24,542 nucleotides of DNA from an uncultured Eubacteriales bacterium (GTDB lineage Bacteria > Bacillota > Clostridia > TANB77 > RGIG9151), in the NCBI GenBank assembly GCA_964475435.1, contig CAYYWT010000007.1, forward strand, positions 1 to 24,542. Direction: 5' to 3'. Of this stretch, positions 21,002 to 24,542 are shown piece after piece; position 1 is the stretch's first letter; each line of letters begins with the position of its first letter. The position numbers were made by a program, and so were the translations under genes. A model generated the notes under the pieces. That model searched no databases. It had not been told where the DNA came from and worked only from the letters and a program-made list of their open reading frames with translations.

Positions 21002-21239
21002 AAAGAGGCTGTAAAAAACTTATAAAATTCATAACGTATTGTACTGTACCTCGCTCACCAAAAATATTTTTTGTGGGAAGTGTAGAGTTAATTTAAAGTA
21101 CGGAACGGAGCTTACGCTCACATCCTGGGCAACTTTAAAATGTGTTCTACATAGAGGGACAAAAAAGCAATTTTTGTTTCGCTTGGTACAGTACAATACG
21201 TTAATGATAAACGAATTTTTTACAGCCCCTTTTTTAGTT
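20996..21239. repeat. 244-bp non-coding element with long terminal inverted repeats: a MITE-like element or a rod-shaped structured RNA
   Basis: Outer arms are aactaaaaagaggctgtaaaaaa (20996-21018) and its near-perfect complement (21216-21239). An inner perfect 18-bp pair is aacgtattgtactgtacc (21033-21050) / ggtacagtacaatacgtt (21185-21202). Further interior pairings exist (see findings). Confidence 0.7.
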
Positions 21240-22127
21240 ACTCTTACTCTTTAACTCTACGACACATATTTCCGGATTATTAAATAATCTCAAATTTATT
21301 TTTGTATATCCAAGCCCACGGCTAACCACCATCTTTGAATCATTAATTTCGTACTCTCCTCCGCTATATTTCGGAAAAAGCTTTCTTTCCGGAGATAAAA
21401 CTCCTCCAATAAGCGGAATTCTAGCAATTCCACCGTGAACATGTCCGGAAAATATCAAATCCGCTCCCCATTTTTCATAAGTCTCAAAATATAACGGATT
21501 ATGTGCCAACAATATATTAAAATAAGTATCATCCACACTATGAACAGCCTTTTCCATATCCTTTTTTTCGTAAGAATACGTCTTCTTGCTCTTTAAATAA
21601 TTAGTATAATAAATAAGCTCTTGCTTTAATCCGGTAATTTGAATACTCTCATTGTCTTTCGTTATAAATTCTTTTTCATTGTTTATCACATTTACACCAT
21701 ATTCTTTTAATTTCCCTATAATCGTAGCTTGTTTTTCAACACTAAGCCTTTGTTCATGATTACCGAAAATATAGTAAACAGGATATTTACCATCAAGTTC
21801 ATTTACTAACGAAAAGAAATTATTAAATCCCTTACTGTTAGAACTAACCATATCGCCTGTCATAACAATTATATCCGGATTTTGCTTCTCTATTATCTTT
21901 ATAAGTTTCTTGTTATTAGTATTAAAACGCCTATTATGCAAATCCGAAAGTTGAAGAATTTTAAATCCATCAAATGACTTCGGAATTTTGGGCGAAACCA
22001 TCTCATATTTAGACACATCAATTTTAAACAAACTGATTATATATGAAATAAACATAGCCAAAGCAACTACATTAAAAAACATAAGTACACAAAATACAAT
22101 TCTTCTCTTAAGTAATTCCGGCTCCAT
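21234..22127 (-). CDS. Membrane-anchored calcineurin-like metallophosphoesterase (YkuE/YaeI-like)
   Basis: One N-terminal TM helix (VFCVLMFFNVVALAMFISYIISLF). Metallophosphoesterase motifs are LSDLH, TGDMV, GNHE and GHVHGG. ATG 22127 is preferred over the track's TTG 22130. RBS AGGAGG overlaps the upstream stop codon. Confidence 0.88.
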   Translation of the reverse strand: MEPELLKRRIVFCVLMFFNVVALAMFISYIISLFKIDVSKYEMVSPKIPKSFDGFKILQLSDLHNRRFNTNNKKLIKIIEKQNPDIIVMTGDMVSSNSKGFNNFFSLVNELDGKYPVYYIFGNHEQRLSVEKQATIIGKLKEYGVNVINNEKEFITKDNESIQITGLKQELIYYTNYLKSKKTYSYEKKDMEKAVHSVDDTYFNILLAHNPLYFETYEKWGADLIFSGHVHGGIARIPLIGGVLSPERKLFPKYSGGEYEINDSKMVVSRGLGYTKINLRLFNNPEICVVELKSKSN

Positions 22128-22136
22128 CAAAACCTC

Positions 22137-23483
22137 CTAATTATTATCATATAACGCTCTTGCATTCCTCGGCAATGTACGAACATGTCTTAAAAAAGCA
22201 TATACATTTTTATCATCTTCCGCATTATATTCATAGCCAATTTTTTCCGACACAACACTCGCCGCACGCCTAAATAAATCTATCATTATAAACAAAGAAT
22301 CCCAACATCTCTCACTATCTGACATATCAAAACTTCTCATAAGCTTATCATACATTTCTTTAGGTAAATAATTCTCAATATACTTATCACATTTCCCGGT
22401 AGTAACTTCAAAATTATTCTCAATTCCTATCTTCCATCTTAACATTTTAAGCAATTCTTTTCTTATATTTACTTCAAGATGATATGTCGCATAAAGCAAT
22501 TCCTTCCTCCAAAGCCCTTTCGCAACATATGTACAAATCCACCAAAATTGATTACAACAATCATTATACTCTTTTTCAGTAGGTTTCTTTATCCAATAAT
22601 CTTTATCGGAGGCTTCCGGTATTTTAGGCAATTTATTATCCTTATCCAAAAGAATTTGCGTAAGCGAATCAGATTTTAAATATTCATTCCTCTTATCATA
22701 CGACAAAACAGTTAAATCTATTCTATTCCCATCCACAAATTGCATTAAATATGTAATCTTCTTCTTTTCTTCAACTTCTTTTATATTATTTCCCATTTGA
22801 GAAGGAACCTGCATAATCAATCTTCTTCCGAAAACATTCAGCCACGCAGACGTCGCAACAAAACTTTCAAAATCATCAACCAAAAAAACAATGTCATAAT
22901 CTTGGAAAAAATCTTTAGGAGCTTTCGGATTTACTCTTGAACCATTCATACAAACAGCTCTTACACGCGTATCCTTTTTTGCAACATCAAGAATTAACGA
23001 CATAACAGATTCTTCCGACCTTGTAACCGCCTTTGTCTTAGTATGCAAATCTTTTTTTAAGTAAGTCATATCTATACATTTGACACCATTATCTACAATA
23101 GGTTCATCATAATTATCTACAAAAAAATTAGAAACTGTATGCGAATACTCAAAACCGAATTTCTCGTAAAAAGCCGGCGATGATGTACCTACCAACATTG
23201 TATTAAACGAATTTTTATAGTATTGAAATAAATGTTGAAGCATCTGTTTTCCAAAGCCACTACCCTGGTACTCTTTTTTAGTCGCTAAATTTTTAAGTTC
23301 ACAAACATTATCCGAAATCTTTACAACTACCGCTTCACAAACTGCCTCACCATTCACACTTAAAACAAACATTTCTCCCTTATTTAAATACGAATTAATC
23401 ATCTTTTTAGAAGGATCAGCCAGTAATAATAAATCCATATAATCATTTTTATTTAACGTAATTTTCTTTATATTAATTATCAT
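22137..23483 (-). CDS. Fusion protein: N-terminal YvbK-like GNAT acetyltransferase (about 150 aa) plus C-terminal aminoglycoside 6-adenylyltransferase ANT(6)/AadK-like domain (about 290 aa)
   Basis: The GNAT part has ..ADPSKKMINSYLNKGEMFVL.., KEYQGSGFGKQML and YEKFGF. The ANT(6) part has NGSRVNPKAPKDFFQDYDIVFLV, GNRIDLTVL, YWIKKPTEKEYNDCCNQFWW and VAKGLWRKELLYA, which closely parallel my recollection of B. subtilis AadK. ATG 23483 (GAGGTG 6 nt upstream) is preferred over the track's GTG 23492. Confidence 0.82.
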   Translation of the reverse strand: MIINIKKITLNKNDYMDLLLLADPSKKMINSYLNKGEMFVLSVNGEAVCEAVVVKISDNVCELKNLATKKEYQGSGFGKQMLQHLFQYYKNSFNTMLVGTSSPAFYEKFGFEYSHTVSNFFVDNYDEPIVDNGVKCIDMTYLKKDLHTKTKAVTRSEESVMSLILDVAKKDTRVRAVCMNGSRVNPKAPKDFFQDYDIVFLVDDFESFVATSAWLNVFGRRLIMQVPSQMGNNIKEVEEKKKITYLMQFVDGNRIDLTVLSYDKRNEYLKSDSLTQILLDKDNKLPKIPEASDKDYWIKKPTEKEYNDCCNQFWWICTYVAKGLWRKELLYATYHLEVNIRKELLKMLRWKIGIENNFEVTTGKCDKYIENYLPKEMYDKLMRSFDMSDSERCWDSLFIMIDLFRRAASVVSEKIGYEYNAEDDKNVYAFLRHVRTLPRNARALYDNN

Positions 23484-23531
23484 TTTTAACACCTCTGTAA
23501 GTTTCTACATTTAATTAGTTTGTCTATTGGT

Positions 23532-23560
23532 ATTCTATATTAATTTTTAAATAAAGTAAA
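23532..23560 (-). promoter_or_regulatory. Putative promoter of the GNAT-ANT(6)/phosphoesterase pair
   Basis: Minus strand: -35 TTTACT (23560-23555), 17-nt spacer, -10 TAGAAT (23537-23532). Confidence 0.35.
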
Positions 23561-23664
23561 GGTGATTTTTAGATAGAGAATGCGAATTTTTAATAAAACT
23601 AAAAAGTCAAGTCTTTTATTTCAAAAAAAATTAGCGTAGAATAAATTTTGTTGGAGGTATGAAT

Positions 23665-24426
23665 ATGAAATTATTTGATTATAATTCGAACTTAGAAACC
23701 ATAAATATTATGTTGGAAAATGGAATAAAAAACTCAAATACTTCTGTTGATGAACAAGAAATTTATTTAAACGCCTACAACCTTATAACTGATTTTGTAA
23801 ATGAACTGGTTTCTTCCCCGCTCTCTCTAGGTCAAAGAATACCCGTTTTATATAATATAGTTAATTCAAAAGTTACTCAAAAAATTTTAGCGTATATCTC
23901 TAAAAATAAACATTCAAAAGTATTTAAAACTATATCATCAAATAAATTTTATTCTAACATTTTCGGCAAAATGTTAGACGCATATATAATATGTGAAAGA
24001 GATTCTGATTCTACGAAAAAATTAATAGATGTTATGCATCATAATATTTATTTGTACGATTTGAACAACACGGAATTTTTACTTGAATATTCTGAGATTT
24101 TAAAAAAGATATATAAAAATGACTTAGAAAATGCCCTAAAAGATATTTGCAGTGTCTTAGGAAGTAACACATTACCGGATGTAGAACTAAGCTCTGAGCT
24201 TGCGAAACTACTTACTTATTTATCTGCAGCTCTTGAATTACCTGATGTTTATGTTTATTCTAAAAAACTAAATTTAGATTTATCTATGATAAAAAAAGAC
24301 TACTTTGTAGCCAGCGGAATAATAAATGACTTAGAGTATATGCAATATAAAAATCCGGACATAAAATATTATAAAGCTTTAATTAAACAAAAAAGTGTTG
24401 AAACGTTAAGGTATAAATTTCATTAA
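23665..24426 (+). CDS. Hypothetical 253-aa protein with no recognisable domain
   Basis: Long ORF. GGAGG at 23653-23657 favours the second ATG (23665, 7-nt spacing) over 23659 (1-nt spacing). It is Asn/Lys/Ile-rich with no TM or signal sequence. Confidence 0.55.
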   Translation: MKLFDYNSNLETINIMLENGIKNSNTSVDEQEIYLNAYNLITDFVNELVSSPLSLGQRIPVLYNIVNSKVTQKILAYISKNKHSKVFKTISSNKFYSNIFGKMLDAYIICERDSDSTKKLIDVMHHNIYLYDLNNTEFLLEYSEILKKIYKNDLENALKDICSVLGSNTLPDVELSSELAKLLTYLSAALELPDVYVYSKKLNLDLSMIKKDYFVASGIINDLEYMQYKNPDIKYYKALIKQKSVETLRYKFH

Positions 24427-24440
24427 GAAATTTATACCTT
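24408..24440. terminator. 14-bp perfect palindrome (aaggtataaatttc-attaa-gaaatttatacctt) spanning both convergent stop codons. A possible bidirectional terminator or RNA-stability hairpin.
   Basis: Read directly. The plus-gene stop TAA (24424-24426) is in the loop and the minus-gene stop (24432-24434) is in the right arm. No clear U-tract follows on either side. Confidence 0.45.
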
Positions 24441-24542
24441 TAACTCTCCAAAATCCGGAATAAAACTCTCCTCAGAAGTTCCACCCTCTTGGATAAACGC
24501 ATTCTCAACTCCAAGATTTAACGCAAAATTTACAACCTCGTC
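24432..24542 (-). CDS. 3' end (36 codons) of an unidentified CDS entering from the right edge. The C-terminus faintly resembles PflX-type radical-SAM proteins (tentative).
   Basis: My translation reads DEVVNFALNLGVENAFIQEGGTSEESFIPDFGELKV*. The frame is open to the window edge. Product assignment rests on memory of similar C-termini only. Confidence 0.4.
   Translation of the reverse strand, partial: DEVVNFALNLGVENAFIQEGGTSEESFIPDFGELKV

Noticed and set aside
18728-21030. recD2 as cargo of a composite transposon, because it is flanked by inverted copies of the 35-bp repeat.
   Set aside because: There is no transposase. recD2 looks like the ordinary housekeeping YrrC-type gene with its own promoter. 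The upstream copy is a lone half-site.
21039-21254. 71-aa plus-strand ORF across the inverted-repeat element.
   Set aside because: It has a TTG start without an RBS, runs into the phosphoesterase 3' end, and is better explained by the non-coding palindromic element.

Overview
This is a low-GC Firmicutes-type (Clostridia-like) chromosomal segment. From 1 to 18445 there is one tightly packed, co-directional minus-strand array of housekeeping genes: valS (behind a T-box leader), ispG, coaD, ligA, a lipid glycosyltransferase, gatCAB, miaB and the 5' part of mutS. Four non-core genes or cassettes sit in its gene junctions. They are a 469-aa SGNH/DltD-like unknown coupled to valS, a HEPN/MNT (HI0074/HI0073-type) toxin-antitoxin pair bracketed by a 15-bp direct repeat, an orphan minimal HipA-family kinase, and a 599-aa unknown carrying an HExxH motif. 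From 18.7 kb the window holds recD2 (+), a 244-bp non-coding element with long terminal inverted repeats exactly between two convergent stop codons, a membrane-anchored metallophosphoesterase, a GNAT-ANT(6) fusion gene, a 255-aa orphan and the 3' end of another CDS. A third, solo copy of the element's terminus lies upstream of recD2. I found no rRNA, tRNA, CRISPR array, transposase or integrase. All calls come from reading the translations and sequence by eye, and no database search was run. I could not identify one clear multi-gene novel system. The most unusual items are the orphan HipA-like kinase, the inverted-repeat element with its repeat family, the HExxH protein and the GNAT-ANT(6) fusion.
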